Positions 15,644-32,754 of a DNA stretch of 64,000 nt are shown one piece after another. The position numbers and the translations under genes were made by a program. The number at the start of each line of letters is the position of its first letter. Within the stretch, counting starts at the first letter, position 1. Where the stretch lies: assembly GCA_033442325.1 (NCBI GenBank), contig JAWQFM010000013.1, positions 714,885 to 778,884 of the forward strand, written 5' to 3'. The notes under the pieces were generated by a model. It was not told the DNA's origin. It worked only from the letters and a program-made list of their open reading frames with translations, and did not search any database. Origin of the DNA: Salpingoeca rosetta. Lineage: Eukaryota > Protista > Choanoflagellata.

Positions 15644-16820
15644 TGTGGGATGCGGTCCTTCAAATAGGCCAGCACCGCCGGCGTGCCGCGTGCGAGGATG
15701 TTTGGCCGCGGAATCTTGAACATGTTCCCTTCAAGCTTGAGCGTGCGCACCTTCAGCAGCCCCAGCTCAGGCGGCACCCTGGCAGTGATGTGTGAGCGTG
15801 TGTGTGTGTATGCAATGAGTGAGTTGACATCGGTGACTGATCGCCATGCGCCCGCCCCCTCCTGTTCGCCCGCACTGTCACCGCACTCCAAGACCCTCCC
15901 CTCCCTTTACACCTGCTGATGTTGTTGTTGCTGACGTCCAGGCAGGCGAGCATGGGCATGCGCGTCAGGCCGTGCGGGTCGAGCGTGTCGATGGCGTTGT
16001 CGTTCACCACGAGATTCTCCAGCGCCAGCAGGTCATACACGCACTCGGGCAGCTGCCTGAAGCGGTTGAACGAGAGAATGAGGTCGCGCAGGCTGGCGAG
16101 CGAGATGAGTTCGCTTGGCAGCGACGTGAGCTGGTTTCCTTGCAGGTCCAACACCGTCAGGTTACCCAACAGCGCAATGGACGGCGACAGCGTGTCTAAC
16201 GGGGCGCATTTGAGAGGACCGACAATGTCGCGGTGCGTGATGCGATGTGCGTGCGCGTGTGTGTGTATGTGTGTGTGTGTGCGTGCGTATTGGACGTGTA
16301 TGTGCATGTGTGTGTGTGCATGTGAGAGAGAGAGAGAAAGAGCTTGTCCAGCGGATGCACGAAGGCAAGTGTGTCTGACAAGCGCAACACGCGCTCTCCC
16401 TACTCCTGTCAACCCCCTCTTTCTTTCCCGCCTCACACACACACACACAGAGCACACACACTCACAACACACACACACACACACACGCACACACACCAAT
16501 CTTGTTAAAGCCGAGGTCGAGCTCTGTGAGGGTCGACGCGAGGCAGTCTGTGCCTGCAGGCAAGTTCTGCAGCAGGTTTTTGCGCAGCACGAGCTTGGAG
16601 ATGCCCGCACCCTGAGCAGCCTCCAGCTGCTTACTGGGGACAAGCTGCAGCTTCTGCTCGCTCAGGTCCAGCGTGGCGGACGCCTTCATCTCCGCCTTTG
16701 CCACGGCCTCCTGGCGCTGTGCACTCGCCTCGCTCTGCACGCTTCCGCTCGTCAGCTCAGCAAGCTGCTCCTCCGTCATGCGCGACCTGACGGCAGCGCA
16801 TGTATGGGCGAAGTGCGTAT

Positions 16821-16893
<73 letters not shown>

Positions 16894-18172
16894 CGTGTAT
16901 GTGCATGCGTGATGTGAGTGTGTTGGCGGGGGGAATTGGGATTGTGTGTGTGTGTGTGTGCACGTGTTTGGGGTTGCAATGAACCGCATGGGAGCGATTG
17001 GCAGTCCACATGCAACACGAGCATGTGTCGCAGAAGCAAAGCGCACAACAAGTGTACTGCACACACACACACACACACACAAACCAACCAACCAACCAAC
17101 CAACCAACCAACAAACAAACAAACACACAAAGCACACAAACGAACGAACAAACAAACAAACAAACAAACAAACAAACAAACAAACAAACAAACAAACAAA
17201 CTCGCAAACACATCACGCCCCACGCGTCACCCACCTGAGGTACTTGAGGATGCCCTGCGTGCCGCGTGCGATAATGTCACGGCGCAGTGAGCGCATCGGG
17301 TTTCCGTCAAGCACAATCGACTTGAGCCTTTGAGCAATGATGGTGATGACGGCGATGACGGCGATGACGGTAGTGGTGGTGGTGCAAGGTGAGATGGGCG
17401 TAGTGATGTGGCGAAGTAAGGTGGCGAAGTGAGCCATGCAGAGAGAACACAGAAGCCGCGTACCGCGAGCAACACGCGCGTATGTGTGTGTGTGTGTGCA
17501 TGTACGTCCCTCAGATACCAAACACACATCCACCACCAGGCAGCAAACCCTACTTTGGCAGCACGCCGAGCTCTGGCGGGAGGGTGGCGAGGTCGTTGTT
17601 GGTGACATCGAGCCGCTCCAGCGCCTGCAGATGCACAATCGACGGTGAAAGGTCTCGCAACTTGTTGTCACGCACATCAAGGATGCACAGCCCGCTCGGC
17701 AGCGTGGCCCGAATGTCCCCTGTTGTGCGTGTGTTTGTTTGTTTGTGTTTGTTGTTTGTGATTATGCGTGAGTAAGTGTGTGTGTGTGCGTGAGTGTGTG
17801 TGTGTGTGAGTGTGTGTGTGTGTGTGTGTGCAAGACTTTGTGTGCATGAACAGTTGCGCGAATGCAAGCGACGATCTAGCTTGCCAACACCTCAAGATGC
17901 AGTTTGATGAAAACGCAAAACAAAACAAAAAAGGGATTGTACGTCACGCCACGGCAATACCACCATGTCTCTACTTCTCCTTTCTCTATCGACTCTACTT
18001 ACCGAGGGTGGTGATGCTGTTGAAACCGAGTGAGAGCTCGCGCAATGCCTTCAAATTGCACAGGCGCGGCAGTGCCGTCAGCTTGTTGTACCGCAGGTCT
18101 GCACGCACAAAGGGTAGCAGGTGTCACAAACGTGAGAACGCACGCAAATGTCTCCACACAAACACACACGCA

Positions 18173-18204
<32 letters not shown>

Positions 18205-19415
18205 CACACACACAAACAAACAAACAAACAAACAAACAAACACACACACACAAACACAACAAAATCCCCCCTTCCGTTGCTGCAGCAGCACGGACCAAGG
18301 CGGGTGAGAGAAGCCATGTTCTCGAGGGAGAGCGGGACGGCGGTGAGGCTGTTGTGGATAATCTCGAGCTCCGTAATCAGCGACAGCTGTGCAATCGACT
18401 GTGGCAGTGTCTCTGTTGGGCCAAAACAGAGGAACAAGGGGAGGGTGGGGGTAAGGGCACAAAGATGAGGCTATTGCTCTTCACAATAAGTCCTGTTGCA
18501 ACCACACACACACTCTCGCACACACTCACTCACGCACACACACGCACACGCGTCCGCAAAGCGACTCACGCAGGTTGTTCTTGTTGAGGGCGAGACGGCG
18601 GAGTTGCGCCAGGCGGCCAAGGGATTCCGGCAGCGACCGCAGCTGGTTCTCTGCCAGATCCTGCGACGTGACCATCAACGCACGCATGCGCACACATAGA
18701 CACGCCATACAATTGGTAAGTGACAAGAGAGGGTTGAGATGTGCAAGTGAACCAACAACACAAACAGGTAAACACAGCAAAGGAGCATGCGTTGGCCGTG
18801 TCACTTCCACACAACCAACAACTTAAACAACAACTTAAACAACAACAACTTAAACAACAACAACAACAACAACTGAAACAACAACAACAACAACTTAAAC
18901 AGCAACACCTTCCTTTCCCCGTTCCCCCATCCCCACCCTACTCGCACCAGTTCTTCGAGGTCTGTGAGGGCGCCGATGCGCTCGTCGACGTCCTGGATCT
19001 GGTTGCCGGTGAGGCGCAGGCTCTTCAAGTGCCGCAGCGCGTACACGCCGTCTGGGATGGCGCGCAGCTTGTTGTGCGCAAAGTTGAGGGCCTTAAGCTC
19101 CTGCAGCGCGCCCAACTTGTCGGACACGCGCTCAAGCTGGTTGTTGTGGGCGTCCAGCAGCGTGAGTGCGCCAAGCAGCTCCACATCATCCGGGATCTCG
19201 CGAATCTCATTGGATGCCACAATCAACCGCTGCAAGTCTGTCGACTCCCACCACCTTTGCGGATGTGCAGAGGTGAGCAGAGGTGAGCAGAGGTGTGCAG
19301 AGGTGAGCAGAGGTGAGCAGAGGTGAGCATTGGAAACAGTGCACAACTATGCAAAGCGGCGCAATTCTGTGCAAAGTGTCTCAGCAACACACACACACAC
19401 ACAATCACACACACA

Positions 19416-19470
<55 letters not shown>

Positions 19471-19893
19471 CTGTATGTGAGTAGCCTAAGAAGAACTGTT
19501 GAGCTTAGGGGCCGTGAGGAATATTAATGTGATCCGACAGAGTCCTACCGCGCCCCCCATAGTTTCCTGGGGACACAAGGGTAAACCCGCAGTACTCGGT
19601 AAGCGGGGGCAAAAACCCGTGTCGTGCACTTCACGGTCACGCGGCGTTAGGGCAAAGCATCTCCCTTAATGGAACGGACGGTCTTCTGTTCATGCAGAAG
19701 TGCAGGGCGTTCGAAGGAACTCCGAGGGGTACCCCATTCGGATCCTTTTTATACCATAGCTTGAAAAATCGGGCTTAGGACGTCTAGGAATTTNNNNNNN
19801 NNNNNNNNNNNNNNNNNNNNNNNNNNNNNNNNNNNNNNNNNNNNNNNNNNNNNNNNNNNNNNNNNNNNNNNNNNNNNNNNNNNNNNNNNNNNN

Positions 19894-19933
<40 letters not shown>

Positions 19934-20183
19934 ACACACACACACAATGTCCCCCCACACAACCCCCCCCCCCGCCCCCGCCCCCACCAATCCTCCACCT
20001 AACTTACTTGTCCTCGCTGTCGAAGGAAAGGGATGTCTGCTCTGGCGGAATCTCGTGCAGGTGGAACACGGCCTGTGGAATGGCCTCCAGCCCGCGCGCG
20101 CTGATGTTCAGCTGCCCGCTCTTGCGAGCGTTGGCCAACAGCTTGTCGCCAACGCCGCTTCCACCCTGTCGTTGTCGCTCCAT
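15644..20183 (-). CDS. LRRC40: Leucine-rich repeat-containing protein 40 homolog (stop codon in gap)
   Basis: N-terminus [22 protein letters not shown]|WWESTDL..LIVASN; mid-protein [26 protein letters not shown]; C-terminus [30 protein letters not shown]. All match recalled LRRC40 signature segments. Confidence 0.85.
18821..18905. repeat. Intronic (CAACAACTTAAA)-type tandem repeat
   Basis: Repeated caacaacttaaa and caa units are visible directly. Confidence 0.7.
19268..19330. repeat. 10-bp tandem repeat (CAGAGGTGAG) x~6 at the 3' end of an LRRC40 intron
   Basis: aggtgagcag repeated with one variant copy. Confidence 0.85.
19794..19893. other. Assembly gap
   Basis: 100 N. Confidence 1.
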
Positions 20184-20404
20184 CGTCGTGTGATTTGATA
20201 ACGTTTGAATTTCGCGGACTCAGCTTCAGGAAATGGCCCAAATCAGGTATCTCCAGCGCATGCGAATTTGGAGGCTTTCGCCCATTTTGAGATTGGAGAG
20301 AAAAAGAGCGTGGGCTGCATCCATCACAGACCACACCACAACACACACACTACCACACATCCCACCTCCCACGTCGTCTTCAACCCCCCCCCCCTCCTAT
20401 CATC
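20184..20404. promoter_or_regulatory. Putative bidirectional promoter (LRRC40 / V-ATPase A)
   Basis: Only ~220 bp separate the divergent start codons; no specific motif identified. Confidence 0.5.
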
Positions 20405-24816
<4,412 letters not shown>

Positions 24817-25299
24817 ATGCACACAGCTTACCCCCAGGCAACCCCTCAAAAACACACATGAATACCATGCTCCTCAACACCGCTCCCTCCCTCATCGCCA
24901 CCCTACGCCTTATTGTTGTTGTTTGTCAGTTGTATTGTCCTGTTCTCTCTCTCTCTCTCCCTCGGCTGCTGCTCTCCTTTCGCGTTGACTTTTTCGGTGC
25001 AAAGAGTGTGTTATGTGTATCATCGACTCTGAAACGCTCCCAGCATCAAAACTTCCTCCACATCATCACATCAAACAAACACCACAACTACCAACACATT
25101 CCAGCAAACAACAACTTGGGATTCGTTCATTCGTGTGTCAATCTCTCTAGTTGACCAACCATTCAACACCAATCAACTGACATGACGCGGCAATGGCGTG
25201 AAATGGGGCGAGAGCGGCATGGGTGGTGACACGCACAAATCACAACACACCAACTTTCAACTGTCGCACACTGTAACGCGTGTTCCAGTGCCCCAACAC

Positions 25300-26135
25300 C
25301 TACAACGCCAGTCTGTCCTCCTCCTCACGGGCCGCCACGATCATGTCTCGCAGCACCGCCTTGGCCTCCTGCGCCTGAGGAACAAGAAACCGCTCCTTGA
25401 GCGTGCCAGGAATGTCAATCTTGGGCTTCTTCCCTTTCTTGCTGCTGCTGTCTCCGCTGCTGCCACCCTCTTGCTGTTGTTGTTGTTGGCTCGCTGCTTG
25501 TTTTGCTTCTGCTTCTGCTTCTGCTTGTGCTTGTGCTTCTGCTGTGTTTGCTGCTGCGGGTTTGGCAACGCTGCCCCCAACGTCTTTCTCTTCAGCAGGA
25601 CTGGTTGCTGCTTCCGCATTGCTGCTTACACTGTCCGTTTTGCTGCTCTTGTCTACCTCTGCCACAGTTTCCTTGTCTTCTTCCTTGTTCTCTGCCTGGT
25701 CCTCCTCTGCCTCCTGTTGTTCCTGCTCCTTCTTCTCTTCCTCCTCATCATCGTCGTCAATTGCAAATGCAGCCGTTGCAGCAGGCGCAGCTTCCTCACC
25801 CTTCTCCTCCTCCTCTTCCTCCTTGTTTGTGTGTTCTTCGCCCTTTCCGCCTTGCTTCTGGCCTTCCTCTGCCTTCATGTCGTCCTTGCCTGTCGTGCTC
25901 GCTGCAACACCGCTTCCCGCCTCGCTTGGCGTCGCCGGCTGCTCCACAATGCCGGCCCTGGCCATCGCCTGCGCAATTGCCTCCTCTGACATGCTCTCGT
26001 CCTGTGTGGTGTGTGCGTTTTTGGGGGGGGGGGGGTTTGAGACGGGAAGGGAACGCGCGACAGTGGTGGCGCAAGGACGCTTCAAGTCGAGCTGCATGAC
26101 TACCAACACATGCACACACACATGCACACACACAT

Positions 26136-26220
<85 letters not shown>

Positions 26221-26439
26221 GTGAAGAGGAAGGAGAGCAAGGTTGGGTGTTTCTTCTTTGCTGTGATGCGAAGAATGGACGTGAGGGGACGGCGCCACAT
26301 CACCACGGCGTGATTTCCTCGCCCTTCAATCTCCCGAAGCTGTTGATTCGCACGGAGTGGGATGAGCAGGAGGTAGTGAGGAGCAATGATAATGGTTGGA
26401 ATAGAGTCGTATGTGCATGACTCCACACACAGACACAAA

Positions 26440-26518
<79 letters not shown>

Positions 26519-27320
26519 GCACGCACGCACGCACGCACGCACGAGAGAGAGAGAGAGATCCAGCGCACCTTGAGGATGTGTGAGCGGGTGAGGGCGAGGT
26601 GTGTTGGGTAGAGGAGGGATGCGTGCACTTCATTGCACTGGAACATTCGCACAATGTTCGATTCTTGCGCCGCCTTACCAATGTGCGCAATCAGTTCACC
26701 TGATGGACAAAAAGGGGGAGCGAAGCGGTGTAAACGCAACATCGGGCGCGCGTGTGTGTGTGTGCGTGTGAACGCGAGAAGGGGGCTGCTGAATCAGTGT
26801 GCGACAAACATACGACGCACGCGCACGCGCACGCGCATGCACACACGCACACGCACGCACGGCACACTGTAAACACACTGTAAAGAACACACACACATGC
26901 TACCTTCTGGGCTGGCGCCGAACGATGGGNNNNNNNNNNNNNNNNNNNNNNNNNNNNNNNNNNNNNNNNNNNNNNNNNNNNNNNNNNNNNNNNNNNNNNN
27001 NNNNNNNNNNNNNNNNNNNNNNNNNNNNNNNNNNNNNNNNNNNNNNNNNNNNNNNNNNNNNNNNNNNNNNNNNNNNNNNNNNNNNNNNNNNNNNNNNNNN
27101 NNNNNNNNNNNNNNNNNNNNNNNNNNNNNNNNNNNNNNNNNNNNNNNNNNNNNNNNNNNNNNNNNNNNNNNNNNNNNNNNNNNNNNNNNNNNNNNNNNNN
27201 NNNNNNNNNNNNNNNNATCAAAAAATACACTTTACGATAAAAAAAATCCATGTGGTATGGCTACAATGGCTCTCTCGCGCTGCCACACACACACACCACA
27301 CCACACCACACCCACACCCA

Positions 27321-27364
<44 letters not shown>

Positions 27365-27652
27365 GTGCATCAGGCCCAAATTCAAAAGCAGCACATGACT
27401 GGGCACCTTGTATGACGCCGCCCAGCCCGCAAACCGCGCGCCAAAGCGGGTCGGTTGCTTGTCCTCCACGTGCGGAACAACGGCGGATTCTTCCGCCAAC
27501 GGGTCGGACTGCGCTCGTGCAGACGTTTCCACGGCGTTTCCTGTTTGAGGGATGGACGGGGAGGGGGTGTATGGTGAATGTGATGATGGGGGAATGTGGA
27601 GGTTGATGTTGTGAGCGAGCGCGATGGTGGAGGCGGTGTGAAACCATCACAT

Positions 27653-27706
<54 letters not shown>

Positions 27707-28285
27707 GCACACACACGCACACACTCACACACACGCACACACACACACACGCACGCACACACATGCACGCACACGCACACGCACACACACCTTGGATGAG
27801 CTGGTCGAGCTTGCCGATGGCTTTGATGTGGTCGAAGACGGCGCTGTATCCGCCGCGAACACACGTGACGTGCATGAGGTGCCGCTTCAGGCACCTGTGA
27901 AGGAGGTGGAGGAGGCGACGGCGATGGTGGTGGTGGTGGTGGTGGTGGTGGAGCATGAGGATGAGAAAGGCAATCATCGCAACTGGAGTAAACATCGAAA
28001 GGAGAGAGCACAAACACACAATAAAACACTCCACAACAACAAGGCAAATGGCAACAACAAATCACAGCCGGGGACACCGCTGCTGGACGCACCGGGAGAT
28101 GAGCATCTTGAGAAGGTCGTCGTCGTCGGTCGAGCCCATGAAGCAAATGTGCTGCTGTGCACATGAACCAGTTGTGGCGGTGGCAGTCGTCATGTGAGGA
28201 GACAAGCATGCAAGATAGCAACACACACACACACAAGTGCAGGACATGGTGTGCAGCATGCAAGACAGAAACACACACACACAGC

Positions 28286-28355
<70 letters not shown>

Positions 28356-30347
28356 TGCAGGACGACCTGTGCGGAGTGTTCGAGCTGGTGCTCGAGGGCG
28401 GCGAGATCTTCATCCACGGCAGCGGGATCGTGCAGCAGCTGACACATACGCACACATGTTCACAAACACGCACACACACACATGTTCACGTATGCATACA
28501 CACTCATGTAAGTACATGCACACATGAGTAGCACCCGTGCACGTACACGAGCGCACACGACAATCCGCAGACAATCTTCCTGTTCTTCCCCTAACACACC
28601 CTCTTTGCGTCGAGGTGCTTTGAAGTGTGCGTGAGGTGCCCTGCCGTGTACAGCTCAGTGGGTCGCGTGTCCACAAGAAACAGCGAGCGCTCCCCAATCC
28701 TTCCGAAAGAGAGCGAAGCAAGGACGATGGTGCACATGTTGATGTAAGAGGAAGTGCGCGTAGAAGGGCGAGTACACGTGTGAGCGTGTGTGTATGTGAG
28801 CGTGCATGTGTATGTGAGCGTGTGTGTGAGGGTGCAAGAGAGGTGAACACGCTACCACAAACAGACACCGAGCGTCATGAGCAGAACGCAACACACATGT
28901 ACGCATCATAGTGAGACAGGAGAGCGTGTCACCTCTTCAGGAGCGCGGCTGGTGAGACGTCGAAGCACAGCAGCTGCATCACATCATCAAACCCTGCACA
29001 CATAAAACAGACAAGCAGTGGAGTGGAAGTACCGTGAGAGCACGCACATCTGCAAACAAAACACACTACACACTACACTACACCACACTACACTCCACAT
29101 CCTCTCTTCCCCTCCCCCCTCCCCTTTTCAACGCACCGCGGCCAGCAGTTGGAGAGCCGCCGACGCCAAAGACGTGCGCAAAGTAGTCTGAGCGCAGCGT
29201 ATCTGGGGTGAGCGAGCTGTAGTGCAGGCCGAGGTCAATGAGGTCGCCTAGGTCGTCTGGCGAGACCTGCGCAGGGAGGGAGGAGAGGAACTCCACCGCT
29301 GCGGTGGTGTCGCTGCCAAGATCAACAACATAGTCCTTGGCGTTGATCACAAACACGAGCGCCAGGAAGAACACTGCATGTGGTTTAAGGAAGAAGGGGG
29401 GGGGTTGTTGTTGCTGGTGAGCTGTGAACAGAAAGCTGCAAGTGTCGCTATTGCAGTGAATGTATGCCCACGGAGAGGCAGAGATAGAGACAGGCACAGA
29501 CAGGAAATGTTATCCTGTACAACATTGTGCACTGCACATACACACACACACATATTTACCCACACACACATATTTACACACTCAGCACACATGTACGCAC
29601 CAAGGAAGGGGTCTCCGTGGGCAATGTATTTGTCCCACAGCTTGAGCGCAATGTCCCCTGGACACGCCGTCGCAAACAGGCTCTGGAACTGTTTGCGTGC
29701 GCAAGTATACATGTGAACAAGCCAGCGTTGCTTTGGTGAGACGTGAAGAGAAGTGGTACTTCGCACAAGGACAACGCAAACAAGACAACACACGCACACG
29801 CACGCACACGCACACGCACGCACATACACACACACACAAAAGCTTCGCACCCATGGGAGGAGAAAGTCATGCATGCTGATGTGGGCGCTGTCAAGGAAGA
29901 GGCAGAACTCTGGCTCGTGATACAGCAGCAGCAGCCGAAACATGTGGAAGCACGCACTATGGCGGAGAGGGATGAGGGAGGGGAAGGCGAGGTGAGCACG
30001 AGATGTTGGACAACGCACACACATGCACACACACACACACACCACACACACTCACGCACACACAGACATGCACACACACACGCACGCACACACATACACA
30101 TGCACACATGCACACACACACAACGAACACACCTGTCTGGCTGGGTGTCCCTGAGGGCAAACTTGCTGACAAATGCGTAGAAACAGTTGTACACATCCCC
30201 AATGGCCATGCCAGTGCCAAAGAACGGCAGCAGCAACTCTGTACACCGCAGTGACGATTGGGTTTGTTCCAACGATGCAAAGGTGTAGTGGTGCAGGTGA
30301 GGCAATATTCCATGAAACGTCTTGCATCCAAGGGCACAGAGGTGCAC

Positions 30348-30402
<55 letters not shown>

Positions 30403-31320
30403 CGCGAACACACCGATCCATCCGTTGCTGACGGCGTGGTCTGTTGTGACGCCGCGGGCCTGGCAGAAGACCACAATCACCTTCACCATGTCTCCCGCCT
30501 CCACACTCATGCCATGCTCCGACTTCAGCTTGTCTGAATTTGTGTGATAAAGTGAATTGTGAGTGCGTGTGTGTGCGTGTGTGTGCGTGCTTGTGCACAT
30601 GTGTGTGCATGTGTGCATGCAAACAACATTCGCAAGATACTTCCCTCTCATTTTTCCTCACCCTCGCTCACGTATGCACACACACATACTCTCTCTCTCT
30701 CTCGCTCTCTCTCTCTCTCTCCATCTCACCTGCAGCTGTTCGGCACGCATCGAGGAGCTCGCCATCTTCAGGCACGCTCAGCGTCTTTGGCGTGATGGTG
30801 TCTGGCTTTCCACGCACCCCTGTAGAGCACACAAGAACAATGGCCCAAAGCACACCACATGGTGCGTGAGCAAGCACAGGTGTTGCTGGTGATAGCGCAA
30901 GATGCTGCAAGCACGCCACCCTTGTCTCCTCCTTCACCACTCACCAAGGAGGAGCGGCCACACGAGGCGCCGAAGGTGCTTCGGGCAGTCTTCCTCCTTA
31001 CACAGCCTGTACTCATGTCAACCAAAAAAAAAAAAGCAGTGAGTGCGAAGCGGTGACTTGAAATGATACACACACACGTACAAACACACACACACACACA
31101 AACACACACAAACACACACAAACACACACAAACACAAACACACCATGCAAACACACACATGCAAGCACACACACATGCAAACACACACACAGACACAAAC
31201 ACACCTTGTGGCGGTGGCAACGTCTGCGACGCCGCTTTCCAGGTCTGATTCAAACGCTTCCCTATGGAATCCCAAGACAAGGCAACACACGCAAATGCAC
31301 CTCCTGTGAATCCTGGCCAT
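25300..31320 (-). CDS. TBC1D23: TBC1 domain family member 23 homolog (TBC, rhodanese, C-terminal PH-like domain); spans a gap
   Basis: [36 protein letters not shown]; rhodanese-like HICFMGS and VRGGY; C-terminal LREI...[13 protein letters not shown] and ERFLVPQA. Start codon is approximate. Confidence 0.85.
26930..27216. other. Assembly gap
   Basis: Run of N. Confidence 1.
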
Positions 31321-31534
31321 GCGTGCTTCAACCCCTCAGCACAGCAAGCACATCTAGCACAGCAAGCACAACAGAGCAGCAAGCACAGCAAGCGCAACGA
31401 ACCAAGCAGTCATCTCGCTCCTTTTTCGGGCGCAGCGGTTTGTGACGATTAATGAATGATTTATAATAAATTTCTTCAAGTGCCAACACAGCGAACAACG
31501 AGAGCGAGCCAACCAGCAAACCAGCCAACCAGCC

Positions 31535-32156
31535 ATGAGCGAGGTGTGTCGTCGTCGTCGTTGCCTGGTTGCCTGGTTGCCTTGTGGTGGAGGCTGCTGT
31601 GGTGGTGGAGACTGCTGGTTGGTGTGGTGATGCTTGTTGGTTTTGATGGCACCAGTATGTGCTGCTTTACTCACGCTGCTTATCGTGTGCACCTGCATTC
31701 ATCCCGGTCCACAGAAGAAGCCTGCCGCTGGGTGAGTTTGCTTGTGTTATGCGACTGCATGTTATGTCTGCCTGTGCATCCTTGGTCCACCCCCGTTTCT
31801 TGTTTGAGCGCTCATACATGTTTTGTTGGTGTGGTTGCTGTTCGCTTGCCGTTTCATCAGCAAGGATGTCAACCTTGACATGCTGCACAAGTACATCTCA
31901 CAGCTCGAGGTTGTCAACAAGCAAAAGGTGTGTCTACTCGTGCTTGTGCATGTAAGGGTGCATGTGCGTGTGCATGTGCATGTGCGCGCATGCGTGTGCA
32001 CACGTGTGTGTGTGTGCATGTTGACTGGCATCTACGTTCATTCGCACACACACGCGTGTGTTCACAACGATCATGTCACTCGGTTTGTGTTGCAGGTTGC
32101 TGAAGAGGAGGCACAGGTGCACCGCTACTGGGATACACAGCCCGTCCCCAAGATGG
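31535..32156 (+). CDS. NMT: Glycylpeptide N-myristoyltransferase, 5' exons only (catalytic body absent from the window)
   Basis: Four small exons splice to MSE-KKPAAG-KDVNLDMLHKYISQLEVVNKQK-VAEEEAQVHRYWDTQPVPKM. (F/Y)WxTQPVP is the conserved N-terminal NMT motif. Confidence 0.7.
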
Positions 32157-32279
32157 GTGAGTTGCCCTTCCCTTGTGTGCTCACAGTTGTGTGTGTGAGT
32201 GTGTGTGTGAGTGTGTGTGTGAGTGTGTGTGTCTGTGTCTGTGCCTGTGTCTGTGTGCGTCTGTGTGTGAGTTTGTGTT

Positions 32280-32409
32280 CCGTTCTTCATCGCATTCACC
32301 TTGGCGATAATTTGCTGGGAACAGGAAACAAACGCAAGAGAAGGAAAGGGGACGCACCCGGTACGAATGATTGGCACTATGACACCAGCCATGTGGCAAT
32401 ACAGTTCCA

Positions 32410-32496
<87 letters not shown>

Positions 32497-32720
32497 CACA
32501 CATTCGGCGTACAATATCTTCCAAGCCGCCAACCTTGTTGGGGCGCTTCCATGTTGTGTGCGCGTGAGTTTGGAGATATTCAGCAATGCGTCTGGTCCAC
32601 CGTTGACATCCAGAAGGAGGAGGAGGTGAGGCCCAGAACAGCTGGTCTGTGTGTGTGTGTGTTTGCCAACACCTAATGGTGACTTGAATGCACAAGCCTT
32701 TCAGCACACAACCACACACA

Positions 32721-32754
<34 letters not shown>

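Noticed and set aside
14402-15891. Long ORFs spanning the gap
   Set aside because: Artefacts of N runs.
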